Below, one piece after another: positions 39,660-51,802 of a stretch of DNA of 64,000 nucleotides. The position numbers were made by a program, and so were the translations under genes. This DNA comes from Sphagnum compactum (Eukaryota), in the NCBI GenBank assembly GCA_965153455.1, contig OZ234493.1:14870213-14934212 (forward strand). Reading direction: 5' to 3'. Under the pieces are notes generated by a model. The model made no database searches, had not been told where the DNA came from, and worked only from the letters and a program-made list of their open reading frames with translations. Numbering within the stretch: the first letter of the stretch is position 1; every line of letters begins with the position of its first letter.

Positions 39660-39970
39660 TTGGCCTTGCGTACCAAGGCAAGGATATTGTGTTTAGATTC
39701 ATTTTAGAGTATACTAGCTTATGGGATTTTGGCCCCTATGTAATAGGTCTGTTTTTATATGAGGATTGGAAAAGATGATATTTTGGCTTGTATTGAAACT
39801 TGAGAGTTGTTATAGAATTATAATATCTTGAGGGATTTTGATTTGTTTTAGAGGATTTTTTGAAGATTATATTTTTGCATAGTGAAATATTTGAGTTTCC
39901 ATAATTCTTCTTTTGCCTTAAGATACTTTTTATTGTAAATGGCAAGGCCACAGTGTGACACACCCCTTGT
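39660..39970. mobile_element. ~310-bp MITE-like repeat (tggccttgc...gcaaggcca); inverted copy at 49730-50047
   Basis: The reverse complement aligns end to end with 49730-50047 (inside the copy-4 intron). Short terminal inverted repeats present. Confidence 0.75.
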
Positions 39971-42058
39971 TAATTTTGTTTTGATTGAAAATATACGAGA
40001 TATTTATAATACTTGGGCTCTGTGTTGTTGTGCACTACTAAAGACAATCAATTGTCCAAAAAAAATGATTAATGACATTGCATGCAATTTGAATTCAAAT
40101 TTGATTAAATGAGATGCAAATGGATGCAATAAAGCATTGAAAGTTTGCTCGCAACTATGCTGTTGAAAAAATAATCTTGAAACGACACTTTTTCATTGCT
40201 TTTTATTTTAAAATGACTAAATAAATTTCCATTTGAAATTGTCCAAAGAACGACTTATAAAACCTAAAATTGTCCTACCTAAAACTAGTTCCAATGAATC
40301 ATAGACAGGTGGATAGCCACCAAAGCTTTTAGCACCTCGACATACTTATCAAAACAGTACAATTTAAATGTCTGAAAATTTCAGGACTCTTCTGATAATT
40401 TGAATTTTCAAGGTCTTAAATCACTTTTATTTTCAAATCGATCAAAAGTGGCCATACTTTTATTATTGGACTAACATGTATCTAGAGAGTAAAAGTTCCT
40501 CATTATATAAGGTCCAGTGTCTTTTGTACCAAACATGCCGTGTACATTTTGTGGATGGTTTTCCATCCTTGTGTGTATATATATGTATATATACAGGTCT
40601 CTGTTGTTTGTACCAAACATCTGCAAATCTCAATTCATATGACTGAAATATAGAAAGAGATACTCAGCCCGTTGCGTGGGTGGCCCCACCGATAAACCTG
40701 AATCCTTAACATCAGGAGTAATCTGAACCGCACGCTGGGGATGGCGTGTCACTTAAGGAAAATATGTTTGAAATTTCCACACTGAGCAACAACAGACGTC
40801 CTCTTCTGGTAGCAGCTGTGTAGCTTGACTTTCAGTTCATGGAGCCCTAAAACCTTTCACTGAAAATTATGTATCAAAGGGGCAACCTTCCCAACCACAA
40901 TTTCTGGCTCTTGGATATTTTTCATTATTCCCGTAGAGAGGGGAGATTATTGACACATCTATCTATGAAGGAAGGTAGTTTGTTTTGTGGTTATGAGATC
41001 CACCAAACCGGGACGCTTCAGATTGTGTTCTTGATGTCTTTGGGAAGCTCTCGACGAGGAGGGGTGCATGCGCTTGGTTCCATGACATTTGGACTTGCTG
41101 TGCAACAGTTCTTGAATAATGAATGATTTCAGCACTGAAAATTAAATTAAATCAGAGCTGAAAATTTGGGAGGAATTGGAATGTGCCTTTGGTGTTGTTG
41201 GAAAGAAAGATCTTGACAAGCAGGATTTAATGAATTTTTTTGGGTAAGATTTGGATTCAGCGTAGTGGAAGGGCACCTTACAAGGTGTAATATGTGGTTC
41301 GACAGAGATGGGTGTTTTGACAAATAAAATGCCTGCTCTACAGGCATTTTGTTTTCTGAAATGCTCATCCTTGTTATCTCCTACCTAGTATCTGACAGGT
41401 ACCTACAAGGTATTGTGAGAATTGATTTTTATGAATAAATCTAGTGTGACAATTTTTATGCCATTTGAAGCCCTTGAGGGTGAGCTTTACAGGAATCTGG
41501 CGCACAGTCAGGTCCGTCTCACAGGGCCCTTCCCTTATTCCCGTAATGCCCACCCCCCAAAGGCTTTTAGCCTACACTAGTTACAGCTAGGAGAAAACAT
41601 GTAATGGAAAGTGGCAGCAGAAGTAGATTCTAGAGTGGCAGTGACCACTGGAAAGGTGCTCTAAAGAAAGGGAGACCAATCTGGGTCTGCAATGGGTGGA
41701 AATTTTGATGTAGAAGAAACTCAGGGTAGAATTTTCCCAGTGTAATTGGAGAGCACCTTACCTTCAATGAAATTTTGGCTTACCTCTTGATTTTGTCTTT
41801 CCATGCTAAAGTTATTTTCTGACAGGTTTTAAAACTAGATATATTGCACAGAGAGAATAATACTGCATTACTCCAATGACAACAGCCATCCAATATAAAA
41901 GAAAATTGTTTCCTATTTCTTTCCAAAGGGTAAGGACGAAGGATCTCAAAGGGTCATTATGGAGAATTCAGGTCCCTCACTCAAGAGGACTCCTGCCTGC
42001 TGCTGAGCCCTCATTCCCAGAACAGCCCCATATTCACTCTCCTTACCCTACACATCGG

Positions 42059-45000
42059 TCACCCAATCGGTGGAAGAGAGAGGGGGACGAATCGAAGCTT
42101 CCCCCTCGGTGAGGAAACTATCCGATCACTCGCCCCTCTCCATCTCGATCTGGGGGTCACAACGGCCAGCGCCAGGTAATCGCCTGCATTACTTCGACCT
42201 CTCTCTTCTGGGAGAAGAAAGGGGGAAGAAGGACATGTTGGAAGCGTGGGCCGGAGCTCACCCCCCTCCTGACACCCACGACCACAGTTTTGACTGGCCG
42301 GCCTGGCTAGAAACAGCCACGGGCCGGGTAATGCGCTGCAACGCGCGCCTCTCGAAAGAGAAAAGGAAAGCGCGGGGAGCTTGCATCAGAGCCTGTTCAA
42401 AAAAGATTCAGCTGGCCGAAGCCCAGCTGCAATCGAACCCGGCCAACACAAAAATCCGAGACATACTCTCGGATGCACAGGAGAAGCTAGCAGGAATCTT
42501 CCAGAGCTCTGTAGAGAGGAACCACCACCTCACCTCCTCCAGCTGGTTGAGATATGGCGACACCTGCTCCAAATCATTCTTCGACTTCCACCGAGTCGGA
42601 AAGAAAAAAACGCTCCTCCGGGAGCTCGAAACAGAGGAGGGATCAATCGGGGGTCAGAGTGATCTGGCCCTCTACGTTACTAGCTTCTACGCCAAGCTCT
42701 ACACCTCGGACGCCGAGGCCCCAGGAACGAAGGAGGCGCAAGAGGTATGCTGGCAGAGTGTCCCGCGCAAGGCAACACCAGCTATGAACGAGAGATTGGT
42801 CAAGGACCTCTCCTTAAAAGACATTTCAGAAGCGATCAGAGCGCTTCCCAAAGGAAAGGCCCCAGGACACGACGGCATCCCGATAGAGTTCTTCCAGGAA
42901 CTCGAAGCGGAAATTGCCCCCACCTTGCTCCTCGCATACACGGCCATGCTCAGGTCCGGAGCAACATCAACTTTCATAAATAAGGGGATCATCACCCTTA
43001 TCCCCAAATCCGGGGACAGAGCTAAACTGAACAACTGGAGGCCGATCACCCTCCTCGGCAGCATCTACAAAATCCTAGCTAAAACCCTCGCGAACAGACT
43101 CCGGTCGGAACTCAATGAGGTCATCAGACCCAACCAGACCGGATTCGTTGAGGGTAGGTGCATTTTGGACAATGTGTTCATGGCCCAGGAGGGCCTTACC
43201 TGGGCGGAAGAGAGCAACCAGGACCTGGTGCTCCTCCTTCTGGACTTCAAAAAAGCCTTTGACCGCATAGAATGGGGATTCCTATTCAAGGCCCTGGAAC
43301 AACTAAGATTCTGCCAGACCTGGGTGAACTGGGTCACCTCCCTCTACCGGGAGGCCACCTCAACCATCAAGATAAACGGGGCCTCTGGCCCTGACTTCCA
43401 GCTCCAGAGGTCAGTGAGGCAGGGCTGCCCATTAGCTCCCTACCTCTTTATCCTCGCCACTGACGTCCTCGGACACATGCTGGACGACCCCAAGTTCGGA
43501 GTCGAAGGTCTCTCACTTCCCAGGGGAGGCCTGCTAAGAGACCAGACCTTTGCCGATGACACGGCACTTTACCTGCAGGGCTCACCAGCTAACCTTGACA
43601 GGACTCAGGAGGTTCTCAGAACTTTCTGTCGAGCATCAGGAGCCAAGGTTAACTGGTCGAAATCAGCGGCCATCTGGGCCAGTCAGAGAGAGAAACCCTG
43701 GAAGTGGGGTGAAGAGGAGGGGCTAAAATGGATCCCGAAAGGAAAAGGCACGAGATACCTAGGTATCCAGGTCGGATTTCACCTCCCCACGAAGGCTAAC
43801 TTCGACATAATGATGTTGTCGCTCAAAAGCAAGCTCATCTCCTGGAGCCACAACACGCTCTCCTTGGCAGGAAGGATTCTGGTCGCGAACCAGGTCCTCC
43901 TCGCTTCGACCTGGTACCTAGCCGCCTGCTGGAACCCGGACCCCAGGATGAGTAACCAGGTCAGAGGCCTGGTAAGGAATTTCATCTGGGGGGAAAGGAG
44001 GCCCCCACTCGAGCGAAAGTCAAGTGGGAAACGCTTGCTCTTCCCCTAGCACAAGGAGGGCTGGGGGTCACCGACCCCAAGTCGCAATTGGAGGCCCTTC
44101 TCGCCAAACTCTTGGTAAGAGGGCTTGCCCCCGGGGGGGAGCCATGGAAAGAACTGGTCTAGCACAACGCAGGCCGGACGCAACTCCCACGCCACGGCAA
44201 AGGCCCCTCCACTCCGGATATGAATTGGTTACTCGCGGCCCCCAAACTGAAACGCCTGAAATGCTCAATGTGGAGGAGCATCGTGGAAGCCTGGATCAAT
44301 GCGAGGTCGGGCCTGTGCAAAGCAGACCCAACCTCCCCAGCGGAAATTCTCCGCCAGCCTATCTTTGGCAACCAGTCCATCCTAAACCAGAGAAGAGTCC
44401 CACTGGGCGTAGGAGGCCAGAGAGAAGGAAACTCTTTCGCTCAAGTCGGGCACACCAGAGTCAAGGACTTCTGGAACAACTCGACGAGAGGATGGAAGAG
44501 CCTAACCACCCTCGGCATGAGCCATCACCCCTCCAACAGGGAATGCAGGGAGAGGATCGTCTCAAGCATTCCCTGGAGACCGGACGAACTCGAAGACCAA
44601 ACTCGGGTGGGCGACTGGATCGCCAACCTAGCCCCCCCCGCTGGCAACCCCCTAGACTGGGTATATCTTGTTCTCGCTAAGGAAGGAGACACCGCCACGG
44701 TTCTCGAATTCAAAAAAACCTCGACCAGCAGCCGCATCCAGCTGTCGTCCAACCAGGCTATCAAGATCTCCACCATCAACCACCAGCCCATCAGAGTGCT
44801 CTCACAAGAGAACCCCAAGGCGACACTCAAGGTGGCCAGGGACCCCCCGGCCCCCGACAAAAAAGCTTTGCTCTACTGGATCTTCGACTCCGGCCTTATC
44901 CAAAACCTACCATGGGATCCAGGGGAATGGCACTGGCAACCAAGCCCCCCCTTGGGAGACGCCCCCTTCTTCGGCTACTCGGCGAAAAGGGGATATTCCA

Positions 45001-45782
45001 GCATCCGCAAATCCGCCCACATGTCGAGCATGGCCACTTTTCTTAAAGACCTCAACCTTCGCAACTCCACCACGACCCAGCTGACGGCCAGGATCTGGCA
45101 CAGCGCGCGCCCACGGAAGGTGGGCACGCTCATCTGGCTTATCTTAAACAATGGACTCCTGGTCGGGACCTGGCTCCGGACGATGGGCCTCCCCTCGCTC
45201 TGCAAGGTCTGCGATGCCAACAAAGAAGAATCGCCCCAACATTGCCTCCTGGAGTGCGATATGGCCCAACGCGCCTGGGACGCCTACAAACGAATCTGGT
45301 CGAAATGGCACTCGCCAGACAGCCCTGAAATCACCTGGCCCTTTGTCCTCTTGGGCGAAGCCACCATTGAGCAAGAGGACGACCCACTGGGGCGTCTGGC
45401 TTACCACGTCGGCGGATTCACCTACCCCAGACAACCACTGGACATTCTGCGTAGCTTAATTGTCTATAGACTCTGGACTGAAAGGTGTAGGAAACACTAT
45501 GAAAATAAGTACTCTCTCACCGCGGTCCTCACCCAGGCCTGGGTGGCCACCGTTGAGGTTGGTATGGCCTCCTGGAAAGCCATTAAATCTCAGCGGCCCA
45601 CCAAGGACCCGGACACTCAAGCTAGTATTGAGTCTGAGTTTAGGAAAGAATGGCTCCACAGGAGCATCATGGGGACGGATAGCGCCACCATCCGGTGGCA
45701 CTTCCCCCCCCCCTTGTATTTCACCAATTTAATTATTGAATGATGATGGGGCTGCTGCCTCCCTCCCCGTCTGGGGTTTCTC
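42059..45782 (+). mobile_element. 5'-truncated L1-type non-LTR retrotransposon (LINE) with 18-bp TSD
   Basis: TSD ccttaccctacacatcgg at 42041-42058 and 45783-45800. The empty paralogous site is at ~33241-33270. Sharp GC-rich boundaries. Confidence 0.96.
42070..45743 (+). pseudogene. LINE ORF2: endonuclease tail, reverse transcriptase, C-terminal CCHC zinc finger
   Basis: SDHSPL (end of APE endonuclease), KAPGHDG, NWRPITLL, LDFKKAFDR, VRQGCPLAP, FADDT, RYLG and CKVC..EESPQHCLLEC. One frameshift at the G-run ~43988-43992 (continuing AKVKWETLALPLAQGGLG) and one TAG at 44160-44162. Confidence 0.95.
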
Positions 45783-48700
45783 CCTTACCCTACACATCGG
45801 ACCCTACTAGGCAAAGAACATGATCACACAGTTGGGATTGGAATGTGGCAGACGTGAATGGATGGTATTTTGTATAATACTTGGATCACTCTTGATCAAG
45901 GGAGATGAGCATTGCAGGAGTTGACAGTTTGGGAGGCAATGTAGGTTTGACTTGACAGCTTGGGAAGCCAGCCAGAGTGTTAGGGAATACTTTGCTGTGC
46001 AGAGATGGAGGGTTGGGTGAGAGTAGAGCTAAAGGTCATGCAGGTTCATGGGTAAGTATCAAAGGAACTCCTGTATATTATGTTGTGGAAGAGAGATTGG
46101 AGCTTTGAGAGTCTGAGTAGCCATCAGAGAGTAGATATGGCTTGCTGCATAATTGGGGTGGGCTTGGACTCAGCAGTCCTTTGTGCTGTTGAACCCATCA
46201 CAGACTACTGCTACAGGTACTTCATTACACCTCCATACCCCTTGAACTACAATTTTTCCTTGAATCTTCTGGTGAATAATGCCAACATGACTCTACACCC
46301 GTGAAGGATCCATGATGTTCTGTTGTAATGGTTTTTTTGTTTCATCTTTTGTGGCAAATTTAATGTAGGTTATGACTTTTGACTGCATCCTGCATCCCTT
46401 GTCTTGTTTCTGCACTGGGTGGTTGTTTGTGATGGCTCGAGAAGCGGAAGTGATTGTAGCCGAGGAACAAATTGGTGTGAAGATTGGGGCAATAGCAGGA
46501 ATATCACCAGTGTTGGTGTACTCCTAATAGAAGGATTGGCAAAAGCATTTGTGCATGATGCGTCACACAAAACTGATGCAAAACACAAGAGTGGCAATTG
46601 AACTTGGCAACATGCCTACAGAGCTTGCCAACGTCTGGCTATGTCTGAAGCTCTTGAGTTTGCAGCAGAATGCAAGGATCCAGAAAATGCACATCAAATG
46701 ATAGGTAAGCTGGTCTGCATTGCCAGTTTAGGGTTTGGTGTGGTGGACAAGTCTTTGTTGGATTTAAAGCTCCATAATAGGAGGCATTTTGTCCTGTGCA
46801 CTTTGATGAGATTCAAGACATGCCCATGGTGCAGTGACCCACGGGGCACCAAAGCTGTTTGCCATGTACCCCACACACAATGACCCGTGTACTACAGTTG
46901 TGGTACAATGGCCAACAAGCCCTTGAGCTTGAAGCTGCCTAACAAAACAAGGTCCAAAGTGGAGTTTGATATAGATTTGGGGCGCATGTTCCAGCCAGCT
47001 ATGTTAGAGGATATGGTGAAGCAAACAGGTTACAAGTCCTCTATTTTGGCAGTCATATTCTTAGGTAGTAGTTGGTGCCAGTGGGGTTGATGTAGATGTG
47101 ATTGCTGAGCATTTCCTGCAGGAAGAAGAGGGAGGTACTTACAACCATGTAGCTTCTTTTCCATCTCTGCAACTCTATTTGCTGGTAAGCAGCTGATCAT
47201 GACTACTATGACATCAACTATGCTAAACACTAGAGTTCTCTGCAATGAAACTGGAGCGCCTCCTACAACACTACAGTTTTTCAAATCATAATGCACACAG
47301 GCAGATTCTTTTAGTGTAGTTGGACAATGCCTTACTGCCCAGAAATTTTCCTCCACAAAGGGTTCAAAGAACTTAATGGCAGTTTTGTTTTTCAAAGCAC
47401 TTGCTTTTGGCTTCTACCCTGTGATACACAACGCGTGTCCTCCAGGTATCACAGGAAAAAAATTTAAACTAACATCCACCCAGTGCTTTGCTCTCAGTAA
47501 AGCCTGAAGCTTGCGGCCTCAGCCTTTATCCTAAACAAATAAATGCCAGGATTGCAAATTGCAGAACAGGTACTGAATGGTTAGGACTCTACTTGATCCA
47601 AAGAGAGGACTTTACTATGTTTACCTGGTGTGATCTGTCTGGTGGAATAGAGACCCACAGACAACCGACCAAAGTTTTGCAAGAATCAGTTGGGCTTTCA
47701 GTAAATATTCATGTTCTCTGTACAAGTGTGTGTTTTTTATACAATTTGCTATGGGATTTTATAGAATTTGGTCCAAGCTGACGTTTACGCGTTAATTGAC
47801 AAGTGGAAAAAGAATTTGTTAAATACCCCAAAAACCTGCTACTAAAAACTGCATCAAAGTCTCTTTTTCTCCCTTAACCTTAAGATCCTAGGAGTAACAG
47901 GCACTTAAAGTGCAGATGTGAGGGCTTGGAACGCACAACCAGTTGCAAACTGGTCATGAGGCAAGCCAACAACTATGGCTGTTGCATATCAACAAGAATC
48001 AAGCCTGGCAAGGTGCAAAAAATCAAACTGTATTCAAGTTGAAGGATCTGGAGCTTGAGGTTTACTTCCTGAACATGAACTGCAATCCAGATTGCTTCAC
48101 AATTGAGAAGCAGGACAAGGAGAGCTGGAGAGGACAGAGGAGAACACTCCCAGTAAACATTAGGGCTGGACTGGAAGAGAATTAGGGTCCTAGTGTTTGT
48201 CGGTTGTAAGAAATGGCACCAGATGACCAGCGGTTATCATGGCAGTTCGTTAGGATATATAACCATGGGTTTTCGCCCAAAAAAACCAAATAACCGGATT
48301 CTGCCAGACACCCGCACAACCCTTAAAAGCATCTACGAAGCGGTCCTGATACATAACCGCAGTTCTCACAAGAATCTAGGAACCTGTCAAAATTCTGATA
48401 CTTTCCCTGTTATTCCCTGAAAACCGCAGGTTGTTTTTAGGGTTTAGAGGTTTCTCCATTACGGAACAACCTGGGAGAGAATTCTTAGTGTATTTATAGG
48501 GCAGATTACATTTAGTAATCAGGCTTTAGAAAAGAGTCCTACGGCGGAGGTCGTGAGATTGTAAGATCCCTAGGGCGCAGAATGTAAGCCAATACGATCT
48601 TTGGAAAGGAATTTTTTCCAAAAAAAACATTGATTGCCTCGGTTGTTACGCATGGCCTTACCCTGCTGTCAGGGAATTACTATGTGTACCTTGGGCTCTG

Positions 48701-49393
48701 CCCTCGGTGCTCATACAGGAATTCCCTGATAGCAGGGTCTTACACTAAACAAAAGAATTCCAAAAACCATAACTGAAGGTTTCTTTGATTCTAAAAATTT
48801 TCAGAAATTCTGGAAGCAAGAGGCTCTTTGATTTCTAGATTTCATAAAACCAGAAACCGGAGATAATTTGGAGATAACCGGAGCTTGGGTATTGTGCCTT
48901 GAACCTCAGGCTCCAACCTTGGCTCCAAGGGCATCAGCAGGGCCTTTCCTTTCCTACGCTTACACCGACTGAATCTTACACCTACTCCTTGAGAGTGAGA
49001 CGAATCTTACACCTACAAGTAGGCATAATTTCCCTCTCACTCTGAGCGTGAGATCTCTCCTCTCTTCTAGCAGAGAGATTTCCATGAGCGAGATTCATGG
49101 ATATAAGGTACCCTCCAAATTACTGTTTTTCTCAAGCAATATTGTCATTTTTTGGAGACGAAAATTTGGAAAATTATTCTAGTGTGAATTTTAACTGATA
49201 TTAATCTTTTTCTGTGTTAAGAATCGCCAAATATTCAATTCAAAAAATTGAAGAAAAAAGAAGAAAAAAACCTGCTTCAAACACACTACAAAATTTCTCC
49301 AAATCCTTGCAAGTTACTACCAAAAAAGCTTCCCCAAATTTTCTAGATCACCAGCGTTATTGAAGAAGAGAGCGGATCATGGTACCAATTAGA

Positions 49394-51058
49394 TCAGCTT
49401 GGTACTGAATTCAACGGTCCTGTGGGATGATCTGTAGAATGGAAATTACCAAGCTACTTTTTCACTGCCACTGAATCATTCCATGGATGCTAATTAGAGA
49501 CCAACTGATTTAAATTTAAAGAGGTCACTCACACGCAATCTGCAAGCTCAACTCATATCTACATACTAGTGTAGTTGACCCAGAGTGTGAACTGGTTACC
49601 CAACTAATTTTCCCTTCCAAAATTATGTTTATAATTTAAATCGATTGAATTGAACTTCCAATGACAAAAATTACTCAAAAATCAATATTTCTTGCACCTT
49701 GAAGAAATTAGAGTTACACAGATAGAAAAACAAGGGGTGGGTCACACTGTGGCCTTGCCATTTACTTTTTAAAATATCTTAAAGCAAAAGAAGACTTATG
49801 GAAACTCAAATATTTCACCATGCAAAAATATGATCTTCAAAAAATCCTCTAAAACAAACCAAAATCCTTCCAGATATTATAACTCTATAACTAATCTCAA
49901 GTCTCAACACAAGCCAAAATATGGTCTTTCAAAAATCCTTATATAAAAATATACCTATTATTATTACCTAGGGGCCAAAATCCCTTAAGCTGTTATACTC
50001 TATAATGAATCTAAACACAATATCCTTGCCTTGGTAGGCAAGGCCAACAAACTCCATCTCTACACAGTGATGCACAAGGTTTCCTTAGTTCCACAGAAAA
50101 GAAAAGATCAGAAGATCACCTAATTACACTGAACGTGCATGAGCATGCCAAAAAGTTTCTCTGTGATTTTATACAGATAACCAGGTCTGGAAACACAACT
50201 AAAAACCACACACAGAGGCCCCAAACAACAACAAGAAAGGGCCAAAACAAGAAGAAGAAAGAAGCAATGAACGGTCCAATGCCACCGAAGAAGCTAATCA
50301 GAAACACTAGCACACGCTGAGATGGCAACCAGCTGTCTGTCTGCAGGCAACTTGGACTTGGATCTGCTCAAGAGATGAATTTCAAATTGGCTTGAAGTTC
50401 ATCAGCAGCTATTCCACCTATTCCACCTTTATGTTATTCCCCTCATCTTGTAATGCATCCCCAGCTTCTGCAATTCCTGCGAAGACATGAATCCAGTAGC
50501 TCATGTAGTACCATCAGAAAACGAAGAGTGGGGGGCATTGATTTCTTCACACAGCTGTGATCATATGCAGGACCCTCATGACGCGACCATCATGCATGCA
50601 ACGTATTTGGCACAATCCCAACTGGCTGTGGAATTTTTACAATTTCTCAAAGCTATAATTAGTTAATCGATCACACAAGCTTAATATCTCAAGTGTTTAG
50701 TCTATTACTCACCCATGGCTTCTACAATCCTTGATGATACACCGCGTGATGACGTATTGGCTTCGACTACGACTGCCTGCAACTGAGCATCATGACCGGG
50801 AGGGATGACAATTGGCTCCCGCCCACGAGCAGCAAACTCTCGACGAATCTTCCGAAGGTATCGGAGGAGTTTTACCAATTCTCTTGCCAGTCGCAGTAAG
50901 AGCACGAGACTCAGGAAAACCAGGATCAGAACTTCCGCATGTGGATCATCAACATCGAACTGCGGGCTAGGAATCAGCAGCTGGAGCTCATGGCTCGAGC
51001 TGGTCACCGGTGCCATGAGTCGAGGAGGACGTGATCCCGAGCTGGGTGGAGACTTCAT
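49394..51058 (-). CDS. Small single-hydrophobic-segment protein, copy 4 (exon 1 51058-50713, exon 2 49431-49394; 127 aa)
   Basis: Open exon 1, donor G|GTGAGT, acceptor ttctacag, exon 2 DHPTGPLNSVPS*. 346+38 nt = 128 codons. Intron expanded by repeat insertions. Confidence 0.72.
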
Positions 51059-51220
51059 ATTCAATTTGTGAGCAGCAGCAGATGATCGACAGAGTGCTGC
51101 AGCTCCTCCCCTCCTCCTGCAGCTTGTCCTGCAACAGCAAACAAAGCTCACTGGTATAGACGTCGTTGTAGCCACAAAAGAAGCCTCGAAGATGAAGAAG
51201 AAGTTTGAGCAGAAGGACGC

Positions 51221-51802
51221 ACAACTTGAAGCGGGAATAAACTGAAAATTTATCTTCAAGGAAGCAAGCACAGGGCCTTGCAAGGGGACGCACAAGCAAA
51301 GTATGCTTGGAGGAGGTCTATTTCTACCCTAGAACCTCCCTAGGGAAGTTTGGGGAGGTTGGTGCGTGCAACAGTGGTGGCTGAAAGTTCGGGTTGCTGG
51401 GTGCAATGTTGGCCCACAAAGCTCAGCTTGAAAGGTGCAAAGTATGAGCTACAGGGTTGTGTGGGTCAAAGTGTGAGTCAAAGGGTTGTAGGGTTTGTAG
51501 GGTTGTGTGGGTCAAAGTAGCAGGGTTTGTAGGGTTGTGTGTAGGGTTTGTAGGGTTGTGTGGGTCAAAGTAGCTCATACTTTGCACCTTTCAAGCTGAG
51601 CTTTGTGGGCCAACATTGCACCCAGCAACCCGAACTTTCAGCCACCACTGTTGCACGCACCAACCTCTCCCAAACTTCCCTAGGGAGGTTCTAGGGTAGA
51701 AATAGACCTCCTCCAAGCATACTTTGCTTGTGCGTCCCCTTGCAAGGCCCTGTGCTTGCTTCCTTGAAGATAAATTTTCAGTTTATTCCCGCTTCAACTT
51801 GT
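51221..51802. repeat. Fold-back inverted repeat (~232-bp arms, 117-nt G-rich loop)
   Basis: 51221-51452 versus the reverse complement of 51570-51802 shows one 1-nt indel and one mismatch near the outer end. Loop 51453-51569 is built of agggtt(t)gt and gggtcaaagt units. Confidence 0.97.

Larger units (their letters stand above)
41590..47400 (+). pseudogene. Unknown decayed ORF ('CPWCS' family), copy 4, split by the LINE
   Basis: ORFs starting at 46080, 46404, 46641 and 46887 share one frame. ORF 41876 joins that frame once the 3742-bp LINE+TSD is removed. Many in-frame stops. Confidence 0.55.

Noticed and set aside
42044-42053. LINE target similarity to the hairpin-loop repeat (tgtgtagggt) suggesting telomere-like targeting
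   Set aside because: Only ~10 bp at a single site, which is compatible with chance.
42381-45732. Numerous overlapping ORFs on both strands in the LINE
   Set aside because: Expected by-products of GC-rich coding sequence, with no independent motifs.
46370-47395. Minus-strand in-frame ORFs as downstream exons of the small gene
   Set aside because: The small gene already terminates in exon 2, and conservation with copy 2 favours the plus frame, although strand is not proven.
51059-51295. N-terminal extension of copy 4 (196-aa ORF) into the hairpin arm
   Set aside because: It has a non-ATG start, is not conserved among copies and runs through rearranged promoter DNA.
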